A DNA stretch of 64,000 bases from an uncultured delta proteobacterium. GTDB lineage: Bacteria > Desulfobacterota > Desulfomonilia > UBA1062. Position numbers and translations under genes: made by a program. Under the pieces are notes generated by a model. It did no database searches and was not told the origin of the DNA. It saw nothing but the letters and a program-made list of their open reading frames with translations. Of the stretch, positions 20,409-31,692 are shown piece after piece. Numbering within the stretch: the first letter of the stretch is position 1; the number at the start of each line of letters is the position of its first letter. The stretch covers positions 18,984-82,983 of the forward strand of contig CAWCTR010000032.1 in the NCBI GenBank assembly GCA_963798485.1, read 5' to 3'.

Positions 20409-22646
20409 ATGGGCGAATGGAAGAAGACCGGCTGCGTGCTCTGTGCGCAGAACTGCGGGCTTGAGGTGTATGTCGAGGACAACCGGATCACCAAGACCAG
20501 GGGCGACAAGGACAACCCCCGCTCCAAAGGCTATGTCTGCCGCAAGGGGGCCAACATCGCCTTTCACCAGCACCACAAAGACCGGCTCAACCACCCGCTG
20601 AGGCGCGTGGGGGACAAGTTCGAACGTATCTCATGGGAGCAGGCCATAAGCGAGATAGCCGAGCGGCTCAAGGAAATCATCGCGACCTACGGCCCCAAAT
20701 CCTTTGCCTATATGGGCGGAGGAGGCCAGGGATGCCACTTCGAGGCCGCCTTCGGTGTGAGGCTCATGAGGGCGCTGGGATCCCGCTATCACTACAATGC
20801 CCTTGCCCAGGAGCTCACCGGCATATTCTGGGCCCATGGCCGCATAACTGGCAAGCAGTACCTCTTCGGCATACCCCATGAGGATGGTTCGGACATGCTG
20901 CTTGCCATAGGCTGGAACGGCATGCAGAGCCACCAGATGCCGCGCGCGCCCCTGGTGCTCAAGGAATTTTCCAAGAACCCGGACAAGCTCCTGGTGGTCA
21001 TCGACCCGAGGAAATCAGAGACGGCAGAGATAGCAGACATCCATTTCCCTATCCGCCCCGGCACGGACGCACTCCTCACCAGGGCCATGATCGCCATCAT
21101 TCTTTCCGAGGGCCGGCACCACAAGGAATATATCGAACAACACGTAAGCGGCTTTGCCGAGATCGAGCCATGGTTCAAGGACTTCGATGCACAGGCCGCA
21201 GTCAAGGTGTGCGGGCTCGATTTTGATCAGGTCCGGGAGCTCTGCCGCCTCCTTTCCACGCGCAAATGGTGCATGCACACGGACCTCGGCATCTATATGA
21301 ACCGCCACAGCACCGTGGCCTCATATCTCCACCTTGTCCTGCTCGCCGTGTGCGGACGGCTCTGCGTAGAAGGCGGCAACGTCATCCCGGGCCAGCTCAT
21401 GCCCATAGGCGCGCATACGGACGAGCGCGACCCCAGGACATGGCGCACCGTAACGACAGGTTTTCCCGCTCTCATGGGCGTCTTCCCACCCAATGTCATG
21501 CCCGAAGAGATCCTCTCCGATCACCCCGAGCGCCTGCGCTCGGTCCTGTGCTGTCAGTCCAACCCTTTGCGCTCCTTTGCCGATACCACCATGTATGAGA
21601 AGGCCTTCAAGCGCCTCGACCTGCTCGTAACCTGCGAGCTTGCCATGACCGAGACAGCGGCCCTGTCACACTACGTGCTGCCCGCCCGCTCCGGCTATGA
21701 GTCCTGGGACGGCACCTTCTTCACCTGGACCTTCCCGGAGATCTACTTCCAGATGAGGCGCCCGGTCGTGGAGCCTGAAGGCGAAAGGCTCGAGGTGAGC
21801 CAAATCCACACGATGCTCGCCGAGACGCTCGGCCTCATCCCTAAGATTCCGGACTCCCTGAAGGAGGCAGCCAAAGGCGACCGGCTCACCTTCGGCATGG
21901 AGCTCATGAAATATGCAGGTGTTGAGCCCAAGGCCCTGCCCAACATGCAGTATGTCCTGGCGCAGACACTCGGTGAACAACTCGGATCTGCCAATCTTGC
22001 AGCGCTGTGGGGCATGCTCCAGGTGGCACCCAAGGATTTCCGGAAGTGCGCTCTCCGGGCCGGATTCAAGCCGGGGCCTCTCATGGGAGAAGAGCTGTTC
22101 CAGGCCGTGCTCGACCACCCGGAAGGGATCATCCTCGGCAAGGCGGATGAGGGCAACAACTTTGACTCTGTTCAGACCCAAGACCACAGGCTGAACGTGC
22201 ACATCCCCGAGATGGCCGACTGGGTGAACAGCATCGATGCCGAATCAGAAGAAAAGGCCCTGCGGCCCGATCCCGCCTACCCCCTCATCCTCCAGGCAGG
22301 CCGCCATATGAGCATGAACGCCAACACCCTGATGCGTGACCCTGCATGGAACCAAGGCAAGCGTGCATGCACGCTGGCGATGCACCCGGATAACGCAGCC
22401 GGGTTGAACCTTGTCGACGGACAGAAGGTACGCATCGTGACCGAGGCAGGCCAGGCCGAGATCGAACTTGAGGTGACGCCTGCAACCCGCAGTGGTCAAG
22501 TGATTATCCCCCACGGGTTCGGCATGGTGTATGACGGCAAGACACACGGGGCCAACGTGAACCGCCTCACCAAGAACACCTGCCGGGACAGGTTCGCAGG
22601 AACGCCCCTTCACCGCTATGTCCCCTGCAGGGTCGAGGCGGTCTGA
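20409..22646 (+). CDS. Molybdopterin-dependent oxidoreductase, catalytic subunit
   Basis: CxxCxxxC...C Fe-S N-terminus; IDPRKSETA, PGTD, TETAALSHYVLPA; C-terminal MHP. Confidence 0.9.
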   Translation: MGEWKKTGCVLCAQNCGLEVYVEDNRITKTRGDKDNPRSKGYVCRKGANIAFHQHHKDRLNHPLRRVGDKFERISWEQAISEIAERLKEIIATYGPKSFAYMGGGGQGCHFEAAFGVRLMRALGSRYHYNALAQELTGIFWAHGRITGKQYLFGIPHEDGSDMLLAIGWNGMQSHQMPRAPLVLKEFSKNPDKLLVVIDPRKSETAEIADIHFPIRPGTDALLTRAMIAIILSEGRHHKEYIEQHVSGFAEIEPWFKDFDAQAAVKVCGLDFDQVRELCRLLSTRKWCMHTDLGIYMNRHSTVASYLHLVLLAVCGRLCVEGGNVIPGQLMPIGAHTDERDPRTWRTVTTGFPALMGVFPPNVMPEEILSDHPERLRSVLCCQSNPLRSFADTTMYEKAFKRLDLLVTCELAMTETAALSHYVLPARSGYESWDGTFFTWTFPEIYFQMRRPVVEPEGERLEVSQIHTMLAETLGLIPKIPDSLKEAAKGDRLTFGMELMKYAGVEPKALPNMQYVLAQTLGEQLGSANLAALWGMLQVAPKDFRKCALRAGFKPGPLMGEELFQAVLDHPEGIILGKADEGNNFDSVQTQDHRLNVHIPEMADWVNSIDAESEEKALRPDPAYPLILQAGRHMSMNANTLMRDPAWNQGKRACTLAMHPDNAAGLNLVDGQKVRIVTEAGQAEIELEVTPATRSGQVIIPHGFGMVYDGKTHGANVNRLTKNTCRDRFAGTPLHRYVPCRVEAV

Positions 22647-22696
22647 ATCTTGGTAAAGTGGATATCATGCATCCTTCCAGGTGACATGGTATGAAT

Positions 22697-22897
22697 GTGG
22701 GGCGACCGGTTGTGCCGCCCCTACTTTCCCACATACAGTCTTATCCCCGCCAAGGCCGATCAAGCTGTTCAGGAGTGTTACACCAAGGTATCACGCTGCC
22801 TGTAAAAAGGCGGGCGCAAGGCCCACCCTTACATCCATCTGTCGGGGTTCGCTCATGATCACCCCAACCTACAGCTGCGGCCAAGGCCGCTCCTACA
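22697..22897 (-). repeat. Cluster of four different GTAG-type REP palindromes
   Basis: Units at 22697-22724, 22809-22833, 22841-22873, 22877-22897, each a hairpin starting GTAG/GTAA on the minus strand. Confidence 0.7.
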
Positions 22898-22921
22898 ATT
22901 TCGAGTTATAATCCGGCGGGA

Positions 22922-23260
22922 TTAGAATCGGCGTCTGCCGCCGCCGCCTCCACCGCCACCTCCACCGCCAGGCCTTCTGCCTCTGTCGCCACCGCCGCCT
23001 CCACCCCCGCGGTTATCAGCACGCGGACGGGCTTCATTGACATTGATTGCGCGTCCTTTCAATTCCTTGCCGTTCAACCCGGCAATGGCAGCCTGTGCAG
23101 CGGCCTTGGCCGGCATCTCTACAAAGCCGAATCCTCGAGAATCACCGCTGAATTTATCGCGGATGACATTGGCTGTTGTTACCTCACCAAATGCCTGAAA
23201 TGCCTGCTGCAGATCCTCATTGGTAACTTCTCTAGACAAATTCCCTACAAAGATATTCAT
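22922..23260 (-). CDS. RRM RNA-binding protein with Gly-rich tail
   Basis: IFVGNL (RNP2), RGFGFVEM (RNP1). Confidence 0.95.
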   Translation of the reverse strand: MNIFVGNLSREVTNEDLQQAFQAFGEVTTANVIRDKFSGDSRGFGFVEMPAKAAAQAAIAGLNGKELKGRAINVNEARPRADNRGGGGGGGDRGRRPGGGGGGGGGGGRRRF

Positions 23261-23638
23261 GCAACCTCCAACTGTTTATTGTGGACCTTCTGAACTTCAC
23301 CGGGAGTCTACTAATCATTCCTGACCTAAGACGCGTTTAGGCCTCCGAAGAAGTCACCTGTGAAGCCTTATACACCTAGTATCCTTGCGATACAATATAA
23401 ACTCATCGTTCCTCTTTTCAGGACCCAGGACCTCTTGAGCAAGGACGATGGCCGTGACCGCCACGGCCTCGTGAAAGTCTGAGACACGGTTGCTCCGGTT
23501 ATCAATAAGAAGTGAAATCCTGGGGTCTTCGTCGCAGAAATAATAAGCCTCAATTGTGTAGTCAATGCTCCAGCATGCACTTCATGATCCCAAGGGGAGT
23601 CACAATTTATTCAGGCGTAAGGGGTTACGCCTTGTTTT

Positions 23639-26600
23639 CTAAAGATCGTTCAGCACCCTGGTCAACTCCGTGCCGAGGCTTGAAAGCCGGTAGGGCTTCT
23701 TGATGAATCCGGCAAGGCCCTTGCCGGCAAAACGACCGGTAGTCTCCTGTTCGTCATAACCGCTACTGATGATCACCTTTACATCCGGATTGATACGCCG
23801 GATCTCATCATAAGCCGCCAAACCGTCCAATTTCGGCATGGTGAGGTCCAGGATGACGCAGACGATCTCGCCAGCGTGCTCATGGAAGATCTTGACTGCT
23901 TCTTCACCATCTTTGGCGGTGATCACCTTGTACCCCAGCCGCTCAACCATGGCCCGGCAGAGGTCCCGCACCATATCCTCATCGTCCGCTATCAAGACTA
24001 TGCCTGAGGAAAGCGCCGTTGCACCATTCTCAAGCTCCAAAGCAGACACACCGGATTTTATCCCTTTGAGCGTTTTCTTGCCCTGTGATGCCGGAAACAT
24101 TACCTTGATGGTTGTCCCTTCGCCGGGTTCGGACTCGACCATAATGGCGCCCTTGTGCCCGCTCACAATACCCAGGACTGCTGCCATGCCCAGGCCGCGG
24201 CCTGTGAATTTGGTGGTGAAGAAGGGGTCAAAGAGACGGTCTTTGGTTTCATCGTCCATACCGCAGCCCGTATCCCTGACCTCGAAGAATACATAGGTGC
24301 CGGGGTCCGGCTTCTCCTTGAGACGGCTGTCCTGCAGATAACCCTGGTCGCATTCCAAGGCGCCTGTCGTAATGGTGACGACGCCGGGTTGCTCCCCTAC
24401 TGCCTCTGATGCATTCACGATAAGGTTCATGATGATCTGTTGGATCTGGCTCGGATCGGCCACAACGGACGGGAGGTCGGCTTGCATCTGGAGGTTCAGG
24501 GTCACGGTCTTGGAGATGGATGCCTTGAGCAGGTGTGCCATCTCCTGCACAAGCTCGCTCAGATCGAACGGCTTCAGATCGAACCTGCCCTTGCCTGAAT
24601 ACGCAAGCATCTGGTTCGTGAGGTCTGCAGCCCTCCGGCCTGCTTTCAGGGCCTGGTCGATGAAGGGCCTTGAACGTGATACCGGTGAAAGGTCAAGCCG
24701 TGCAAGATCGAGATTGCCAAGAATAGCCATGAGCAGATTGTTGAAGTCGTGCGCAATGCCGCCTGCCATGACCCCTAAGCTTTCGAGTTTCTGGGCATGG
24801 AGCAGACGGCGCTCCATATCGAGCTTCTGTTCTTCTGCCTTCATGCGCTCGGTGATATCTCTGGCGACGGACATCGTAGCCTGACTGCCATCCATTTCAA
24901 ATAGGACAGTGGAAACCTCCACAGGAATCCTGTGGCCGTCTTTGGAAATATGTTCGGTTTCAAACAACACCTGTTTATTATTAAGCAACTTTTTAATAAT
25001 AGCAGGCATCTGTCCTGAACGGTCAGGCGCGTCAATATCCTGAGGCGACAACTTGAGCATTTCCGACCTTGTATAACCCAACCTTTCGCAGACAACATCG
25101 TTGACCTGTATAAAGTTTGTCGGCTGACCGTCTTTTCCCATTAGGTGAACAGCTATAGCATCTCTTCCGCTGTTAAAGAGCAGGCGGAATCTCTTTTCGC
25201 TTTGCCGCAGCGCCTCTTCGGCCTTCTTGCGCTCGGTGATATCTCTTACCAGTGCCTGGAGGTATGGCTGATCCCCCAGTTCAATGCGGTTCAAAGTGAC
25301 CTCGGCGTCAAAAGGTTCCCCATCCTTTCGCACATGTTTCCAGTAAAAATGTTGGGGTGTTCCATCAAATGCGGCATTGATAACTTCCTGCGCCTTTTCT
25401 TTGGATGCCCTTCCATCGGGCTGCTCAGTCGGGCTGAATTCCCATGGCCTGTAGCCGAAGATGTCATCCTTACTGTCACACCCGAACATCTTCAATGTCA
25501 TCTGATTGCATTCAATGTACCTGTCTTCACTCATTATAAAGATTGCATCATTGGCACTCTCAAAAAGGGTGCGATAGCGTCTCTCCGCCTCCCGTATGGC
25601 CTCTTCAGCCTGCTTGCGTACCGAGATATCGCCCAGGCTGCCCAGCATACGGATTGCCCTGCCTTTGTCATCAGAAAGGAAAACGCCGTGGTCCTCCACA
25701 AAGATATACGTGCCGTCCTTTCTCAGCAGACGGTACTCGGCATTATATGGGCACAATTCCTTTAGGGCCGCCTCAAGAATGATAACCACATCAGTGCGGT
25801 CATCAGGATGGACCATCTCGTTGAACGACTTTATATCCACCGTCCCAAACTCCTCAGGGCTGTAGCCTGTAATCCGCGATATGGCCCCATGCCAGGTGAG
25901 GCGCCCTGATGGGGCATCATAATCATATACGAGCTTCCCGGTCAGCTCGGCCATGAGGCGGTAGCGTTCCTCGCTCTCTCTCAGTGCCTCCTCGACCTGC
26001 TTTCGCTCGGTGATGTCCAAGGCGGTGAACGTTACCCCTGCCAAGAGGTCTCCCGGCACAATGGGGGTAGAGCTCAGGAGGATGTCGATGATCGTGCCGT
26101 CTTTTTGTTTCCAGTGTGTCTCTACGGTCCCGGTGCCTTTGTTCTGGATTTGGCGATATTTCTCAGTACCCACATAATCCGATTCTTCCTGGGTTGGATA
26201 GAAGATGCGGGCCGGTTTCCCCACCAGTTCCTCACGTGAATATCCCGTCATCTCACAGATGCGGTCATTGACCTCCAACAGGATACGGTCAGCCACCACC
26301 CCGATACCCGTGGGTGCCGCCCGGAAGATACTGTCCAGCTTGGCCTGCCGCTGCCTGATGGCCTCTTCTGCATTTTTCCGCTCGGTGATATCGCTCAACA
26401 CTCCATCGTATGAAATAATGGCCCCTGCTTCGTTCCGGTGGACGACAGGCATGTTGACAACCCATCGAATTGAACCCTGCTTATGGTAGATACGGTGCTC
26501 GATGGGCCCCTCATGCTCCCCCATGAGGACCTTGTTGAAATACTCCCGTACCTTCTCCCGATCCTCCTTCACCACCATGTTGAACCAGAGAAACGGGTCA

Positions 26601-27895
26601 GTATTGAATTCTTCCACCCTGTATCCTGTCACGGCTTCGCATGCAGGGCTGTGCTCCGTATAGACCCCCCTGCCTCCTTCGACATGGACGGTGTAGATAT
26701 AATCCGTTATTGCCGCAACGATCTTCCGGTAGCGCGCCTCACTCTCGCGCAAGGCCTCCTCTATCTCCTTGCGCAAGGAGAGGTCCCTGAATTCAGTCAC
26801 CCTGACAGTCCGGCCATGATAGGGAATGTTCTTACCGATGATCTCCAATGGATAGATCGTTCCGTCTTTCCGGACACCCTCCACGTCGTAGGATTTCTCA
26901 TACCCGCTTACAATATTTTGCAGTACAAGATCCCGCCACTTGGGTGCGATGAGATCTAATCCATTCATGCCGATGAGTTCATCCATTGAGTAACCGGTTA
27001 TGTCAACAAGACCATGGTTGCAGTCCAGGATGACCCCCTTGTCGTGAATGCCTATGCCGCCGAAGGACGCTTCATGGAGGGCTCGGAACCTTTCCTCGCT
27101 CTCTTTAAGGGCATTTTCCGCTTTCTTCTGTTCGGTGATGTCGCGGGCCAAGGAAAGCATGTAGGTCTTATCCCCGACCTCAATAAGGCGAGACGAGAGG
27201 ATCACATCCCTTGCCTTCCCGTCTTTCCTTGAAAGCTTCACCTGCGAGCACTTGGTTGAGTCTTTGGCAGAAAGACTCTTTACGAATCGTTCCCGGTCAG
27301 TCTGGTTTGCCCACATATTGATATCCAGGGTAGTCTTACCTATAAGCTCATCATGTTCATACCCGGACCATTTTTCACTAGCCTTATTGGCATCGATAAT
27401 TCTTCCTGTTGCAGGGTCGGATATCACCATAGATTCAGGGCTTGAAAGGAAGGCCTCGGAGAATTTTTTTTCAGACAGTTGCAGCCGTTCTTCCATCCTT
27501 TTTCGCTCGGTTATGTCGCGGAATGTTAACAGGCCTGCATCCTGGCCGCCAAAGGATACACGCCGGCCGATGGCTTCAATCCACTTCTGGTCACGCTTAT
27601 GCGTTATGATCCTGTATTGATAAAGAGAACCTGCCTCCCCGGCCTTGGTGAGCATAAGGACTTCAAGTGCCTTCTGACGGTCTTCAGGGTGGAGGAATTG
27701 GGCAATGTTAAAGCCTTTGGGTGATTTTCGGGGCTTGAGACCCACGATCCGATACGCAGCCTTATTGGCAAACAGGATATTGCCGTCCCGGTCAATTACA
27801 ACCAGTCCGTCGAGCATGTTTGACGTGAGGGTATCGAAGAGTTCACTGGTTTCCTTTAGATTCGAGCTTGTCTTCATATATCGTTTTTCAGGCAA
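23639..27895 (-). CDS. Cytoplasmic hybrid histidine kinase, 8 PAS + HisKA + HATPase + REC
   Basis: Repeated DITERK PAC ends; AHDFNN; [12 protein letters not shown]; DLTMP receiver. Confidence 0.92.
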   Translation of the reverse strand: MPEKRYMKTSSNLKETSELFDTLTSNMLDGLVVIDRDGNILFANKAAYRIVGLKPRKSPKGFNIAQFLHPEDRQKALEVLMLTKAGEAGSLYQYRIITHKRDQKWIEAIGRRVSFGGQDAGLLTFRDITERKRMEERLQLSEKKFSEAFLSSPESMVISDPATGRIIDANKASEKWSGYEHDELIGKTTLDINMWANQTDRERFVKSLSAKDSTKCSQVKLSRKDGKARDVILSSRLIEVGDKTYMLSLARDITEQKKAENALKESEERFRALHEASFGGIGIHDKGVILDCNHGLVDITGYSMDELIGMNGLDLIAPKWRDLVLQNIVSGYEKSYDVEGVRKDGTIYPLEIIGKNIPYHGRTVRVTEFRDLSLRKEIEEALRESEARYRKIVAAITDYIYTVHVEGGRGVYTEHSPACEAVTGYRVEEFNTDPFLWFNMVVKEDREKVREYFNKVLMGEHEGPIEHRIYHKQGSIRWVVNMPVVHRNEAGAIISYDGVLSDITERKNAEEAIRQRQAKLDSIFRAAPTGIGVVADRILLEVNDRICEMTGYSREELVGKPARIFYPTQEESDYVGTEKYRQIQNKGTGTVETHWKQKDGTIIDILLSSTPIVPGDLLAGVTFTALDITERKQVEEALRESEERYRLMAELTGKLVYDYDAPSGRLTWHGAISRITGYSPEEFGTVDIKSFNEMVHPDDRTDVVIILEAALKELCPYNAEYRLLRKDGTYIFVEDHGVFLSDDKGRAIRMLGSLGDISVRKQAEEAIREAERRYRTLFESANDAIFIMSEDRYIECNQMTLKMFGCDSKDDIFGYRPWEFSPTEQPDGRASKEKAQEVINAAFDGTPQHFYWKHVRKDGEPFDAEVTLNRIELGDQPYLQALVRDITERKKAEEALRQSEKRFRLLFNSGRDAIAVHLMGKDGQPTNFIQVNDVVCERLGYTRSEMLKLSPQDIDAPDRSGQMPAIIKKLLNNKQVLFETEHISKDGHRIPVEVSTVLFEMDGSQATMSVARDITERMKAEEQKLDMERRLLHAQKLESLGVMAGGIAHDFNNLLMAILGNLDLARLDLSPVSRSRPFIDQALKAGRRAADLTNQMLAYSGKGRFDLKPFDLSELVQEMAHLLKASISKTVTLNLQMQADLPSVVADPSQIQQIIMNLIVNASEAVGEQPGVVTITTGALECDQGYLQDSRLKEKPDPGTYVFFEVRDTGCGMDDETKDRLFDPFFTTKFTGRGLGMAAVLGIVSGHKGAIMVESEPGEGTTIKVMFPASQGKKTLKGIKSGVSALELENGATALSSGIVLIADDEDMVRDLCRAMVERLGYKVITAKDGEEAVKIFHEHAGEIVCVILDLTMPKLDGLAAYDEIRRINPDVKVIISSGYDEQETTGRFAGKGLAGFIKKPYRLSSLGTELTRVLNDL

Positions 27896-27963
27896 AGGAA
27901 TAGATCCAACCCATATAAGAGTAATAAGACCGTATTGTTAAACAGTCAATGGAAGAAATAATA

Positions 27964-28551
27964 TCATTTTAAAGGCAGGGACCGGGCGATATCCCTCGCC
28001 TCTGAGAGCATCTTCTCCCTCTCGGCAGGGGTGGCAATGGGAACCCCCATGAAGAACCGGTGTTCCAACACCTCAATGCCGCAAAACCTGAATATGCCGC
28101 CGTCGATTGTCGTTCTGATGCCCTCGAGCATGCCTGACTTCCGGTAGTACATGAGGCTGCCTCCCGTGGAGTTGAGGATCACGGCCTTCTTGCCCCGGAG
28201 CAGTCCCTGGGGCCTGTCCCCCTGGAAGGAATAGGCAAAGCCCGGCGAAAAGACCTTGTCCACGTACCCCTTGAGCACGGCGGGCATGCCTGCCCAGAAG
28301 ATCGGGGAGATGAACGACACAATACCGGCCCAGCGAATGTGATCCTGCTCCTGCCTGATGTCTTCAGGGGGCTCTCCCCGGTCGATCATATTGTAGTCCG
28401 AGAGCGTGATTGCCGGATTGAAACCCAAAGCATATAGGTCGCGTATGCGCACTTCATGGCCGGAGGCCTTCAATTCCGAGGCATATGCATCCATAATGGC
28501 ATGGTTAAAGCTCGCCGGGTTCGGATGCGCATATATGATAAGGTTGTTCAC
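27964..28551 (-). CDS. NAD(P)H-dependent quinone oxidoreductase (flavodoxin-2 fold)
   Basis: IYAHPNPASFN, PIFWAGMPAVLKGYVDKVF. Confidence 0.9.
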   Translation of the reverse strand: MNNLIIYAHPNPASFNHAIMDAYASELKASGHEVRIRDLYALGFNPAITLSDYNMIDRGEPPEDIRQEQDHIRWAGIVSFISPIFWAGMPAVLKGYVDKVFSPGFAYSFQGDRPQGLLRGKKAVILNSTGGSLMYYRKSGMLEGIRTTIDGGIFRFCGIEVLEHRFFMGVPIATPAEREKMLSEARDIARSLPLK

Positions 28552-28642
28552 AAGTGGTCCCCATCACGGCATGTGTTGCTTATTAGTATAAGTCCGGGCG
28601 GCAACAAAGCCAGTGGGGATACAACGACAGGCAAAGAACTCT

Positions 28643-30070
28643 TCAGTTCGCCGCGGGTTCTTGAGAAACCTCTCTCACCACCCCAAGACGCATGAGGAGC
28701 GAGCCCTTTTTCGTGCCATCGCCGATAGCCAGGCTGCTGACCACCACACGATTGATAGGGACGAACCTTTCGTCAGGCTGGGCAGGCTCGGTATATGCGT
28801 AGAGGTCATGTATGGCGTATGGCATCCCATCAATTGAGCCGAGGAAAAGCATGATGTGCCCTGGGAACTGGAGTGTGGTTATGCCTGCCACCACGGAGTC
28901 TGCGAGTATTCCTTGACGATCGGTTTGAGAGTTTGCCTTGGTGAAATTCGCCATGAGCTTACCCACCTTGCCCTGCTGGGAGGAATTCCTGGGCAGCGTG
29001 ATACCCATGGCAGCGAAGACCTCCTGGATAAAACGGGAGCAATCCTGCTCTCCGTACATGCCGCCCCACCCGTAAGGGGCGTTTAAAAGCTTGAAGGCCT
29101 GGCTTATGGCATTGCGCGGGGTGTAGGAAAGAAAGCCCCGGTGGACCTGGGAAGCTGCGACATAGGCGGCTTCAAACGCGCACCCTCCTTCTTGGGTGCG
29201 GGCCGGGACAAGGACTTGTATGATGCCGTTATCCCATTCCTGGGCAAGGGGGAGCCTGATACCCATGTGAATATAGGTGAGGTGATGCCTGAGCCAGGGA
29301 TCTTGGTAGATGTCGGCCTTGGCATCGGTGCCCACGACAAAATCCGTGCTCGCCTCATATCGATCCATATCCTCTTTAGGGCACAAGGCAACATTATCCG
29401 AGAGCACCCAGCCTTCGGAGTCGGGGGATATGGTGTAGACCCATACGTGGTCGGCGCTCTCCATAAGTACAAGAACAGGTGTTGCCATATCCAGGGCATT
29501 ATTCTGAAGCCTGTCGATTGCAGTGTCCGTGGCGCTCTTATAAAACGGCTTTGTGGTCGGCAACAGCCTCTGGTCGGAAGGCCTGACCACATATGCAAAG
29601 TGCGCAGTGATGGATGGCGGAATCTGATCAAGGCCCATCAGGACCTCCATCTGGTTGATGAAGTCCTTTGTCATCAGAACCCCGTTACTGTCCACATAGC
29701 CCTGATTTTGGGCAAGCATCTTCCGTAACGAGCCTCTAAACGCCAAGCCGTCACGGATAGGCGAAAGCCGGAGTACATCATGCACGGCCTTGGTCTTTTT
29801 TATGATATAGGCATTGAAGCCTACGATATCCTGCCCTGTCATGATAACGGCATCCGGGTCAGGGTGGCGGCCGATCCAGAACCCGGCGGTATTCATCTCA
29901 GGACTTGTCCCGGGGGCGAGCGCCGGCACACTGTAGTAATCATACTTATATTTATATATGATCTTCGGCTGGCACGCGCTCAGAAGCGTAAGTGCGATGA
30001 CGAAGATAAAAGTGAGTCTCGACAGCATGCGAAACCCACGAACATGGGCAGATCCTCTTGTCGCTTCCAT
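28643..30070 (-). CDS. SH3 + NlpC/P60 cell-wall peptidase lipoprotein
   Basis: Lipobox LSAC; PYGWGG...DCS...LPRNS...GHIML. Confidence 0.88.
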   Translation of the reverse strand: MEATRGSAHVRGFRMLSRLTFIFVIALTLLSACQPKIIYKYKYDYYSVPALAPGTSPEMNTAGFWIGRHPDPDAVIMTGQDIVGFNAYIIKKTKAVHDVLRLSPIRDGLAFRGSLRKMLAQNQGYVDSNGVLMTKDFINQMEVLMGLDQIPPSITAHFAYVVRPSDQRLLPTTKPFYKSATDTAIDRLQNNALDMATPVLVLMESADHVWVYTISPDSEGWVLSDNVALCPKEDMDRYEASTDFVVGTDAKADIYQDPWLRHHLTYIHMGIRLPLAQEWDNGIIQVLVPARTQEGGCAFEAAYVAASQVHRGFLSYTPRNAISQAFKLLNAPYGWGGMYGEQDCSRFIQEVFAAMGITLPRNSSQQGKVGKLMANFTKANSQTDRQGILADSVVAGITTLQFPGHIMLFLGSIDGMPYAIHDLYAYTEPAQPDERFVPINRVVVSSLAIGDGTKKGSLLMRLGVVREVSQEPAAN

Positions 30071-30277
30071 TATTTGATATTATACGACATTGAGCCCTTC
30101 TTGGGAACTCTCATATACATTGTTCAACGGACTCGGGCACTATCGCCGACATGTTCTATCATCACTCCTGAATTCTGTCTTCTGACTCCTGCATATCTGA
30201 TTCCAACCTTTTCTTAAATAATTGTCTTGCAGTTCTTCTCTGAATATTATCTAATTTCCCTCCATGGAGGATTCTGA

Positions 30278-31111
30278 GTGGGCATGAAACGTTGGATAAA
30301 TTATTTGCTGGCAGGCATGTTGCTGTGCGTGTTCATGAGCACGCCGGCATTCGCGGGTAAAACCCTCGTTGTAGCGGTAAATCCCAACTGGCCGCCCATG
30401 GAAATGAAAGATACGAAGGGGAAGATAACAGGCTATGAGATCGATCTTATAAAGGCCATGGGAGAGGCTGCAGGATTCAAGGTCAAGATTGTAGCTGTCC
30501 CGTGGAAAACCATATTCAATGGTCTCGAAAAAGGCAAATATGACGCCGTCCTGGCCTCTGTAAGCATAACGGAGGCCAGAAAAGATAAGTATGATTTCTC
30601 CGAGCCCTATTTCACCACGGAACAGATCTTTGTAGTCCCAAAGGCCAAGAGAGAAGAACCGCTGCGGGAAAAGAGCATTGCGGCCTTCAAATTAACAACC
30701 GGGGCAGAGGCGATCAGGTTGTACCAGAAGGTCAACATTGCCTTTTACACGGTTGAAGAAACCGATAAGGCCTTCAAGGATCTGTCAAAAGGCTTCATCG
30801 ATGGCGTACTCTGCGACTCATCCATGGCAGTGGATTACGCCACGTGCAACAAGAAGTATAAGGATAAGTTCGCCCTGACAACCTGCATGTTGCCCGATGG
30901 GGTGCAAATACCCAAAGAGAATTATGGGATAGCGGTCAGGAAGGGCAATGCCGAGGTCCTCGATCTGATCAACCAGGGCCTCCAAGCAGTGAAAGAAAAG
31001 GGCATCGAAAGCGAGATACGGACGAAGTGGATTAAACCTTCTGAACTCGGGACAGGTCCCGGTCTGCCCGGCAAAGACGGTTTATCCTTGAATGAACGCG
31101 CGGTGCACTAG
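30278..31111 (+). CDS. Amino-acid ABC transporter substrate-binding protein (family 3), orphan
   Basis: WPPME, GYEIDL, ITEARK, FSEPY, YGIAVRKG. Confidence 0.9.
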   Translation: MGMKRWINYLLAGMLLCVFMSTPAFAGKTLVVAVNPNWPPMEMKDTKGKITGYEIDLIKAMGEAAGFKVKIVAVPWKTIFNGLEKGKYDAVLASVSITEARKDKYDFSEPYFTTEQIFVVPKAKREEPLREKSIAAFKLTTGAEAIRLYQKVNIAFYTVEETDKAFKDLSKGFIDGVLCDSSMAVDYATCNKKYKDKFALTTCMLPDGVQIPKENYGIAVRKGNAEVLDLINQGLQAVKEKGIESEIRTKWIKPSELGTGPGLPGKDGLSLNERAVH

Positions 31112-31123
31112 CCATTTGTCTTC

Positions 31124-31690
31124 TCATGCCCGCATGGCCATGAGGAACTCGCTTATCTCATTGTCGGTCAACCCTGCCTTCTCTATCCCGAGTTCCTGCG
31201 TAAGCCCTGCGCAGCTCTGTGTTACCTCCTCCGGCTCCCCGGATGTGCAGATCTCTTCCACATAGATGTCCGGGTCATTCTCCGAACCGAGGATGACATA
31301 TTGAAACAGCCTCACATCCGCCTTCAGACCATGTTGGAGGATGGAATCGATCTCAGGGGGGAATGATGGGGAGAGGATCATGAGCATAGTGGGCAATGTG
31401 AAGTCGATCTCACTTGGCTGGTAGACCCTGGCGAGAAACTCCCGGTTCTCAAGATACCACCGGTAACCGGTCAGCGCCCCGAGCAGGGCATCGCTGAGCT
31501 TGCCTGTATTGATGGTAACGAGATAGATCCTGTCCTTGTCAACGGCCAGGATATCAATGCTCCCGGTAAAGGAGTTTCCAATGCGGTACTCAACGATCCT
31601 TAAACCAAGCCCCTCCTTAAGCCACTGTGCGCATATCCTGATAATATGGGCCGAGTCAGCGATGTTTACAGGTTTGAGAAACCGCATCAT
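31124..31690 (-). CDS. Hypothetical protein, degenerate PD-(D/E)xK (NucS-like) fold
   Basis: GSIDILAVD...YLVTIN (E-x-K absent); 2 nt after the upstream stop. Confidence 0.55.
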   Translation of the reverse strand: MMRFLKPVNIADSAHIIRICAQWLKEGLGLRIVEYRIGNSFTGSIDILAVDKDRIYLVTINTGKLSDALLGALTGYRWYLENREFLARVYQPSEIDFTLPTMLMILSPSFPPEIDSILQHGLKADVRLFQYVILGSENDPDIYVEEICTSGEPEEVTQSCAGLTQELGIEKAGLTDNEISEFLMAMRA

Positions 31691-31692
31691 GG

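Noticed and set aside
22935-23010. GCC/CCA triplet repeats
   Set aside because: They encode the ordinary Gly-rich tail of the RRM protein
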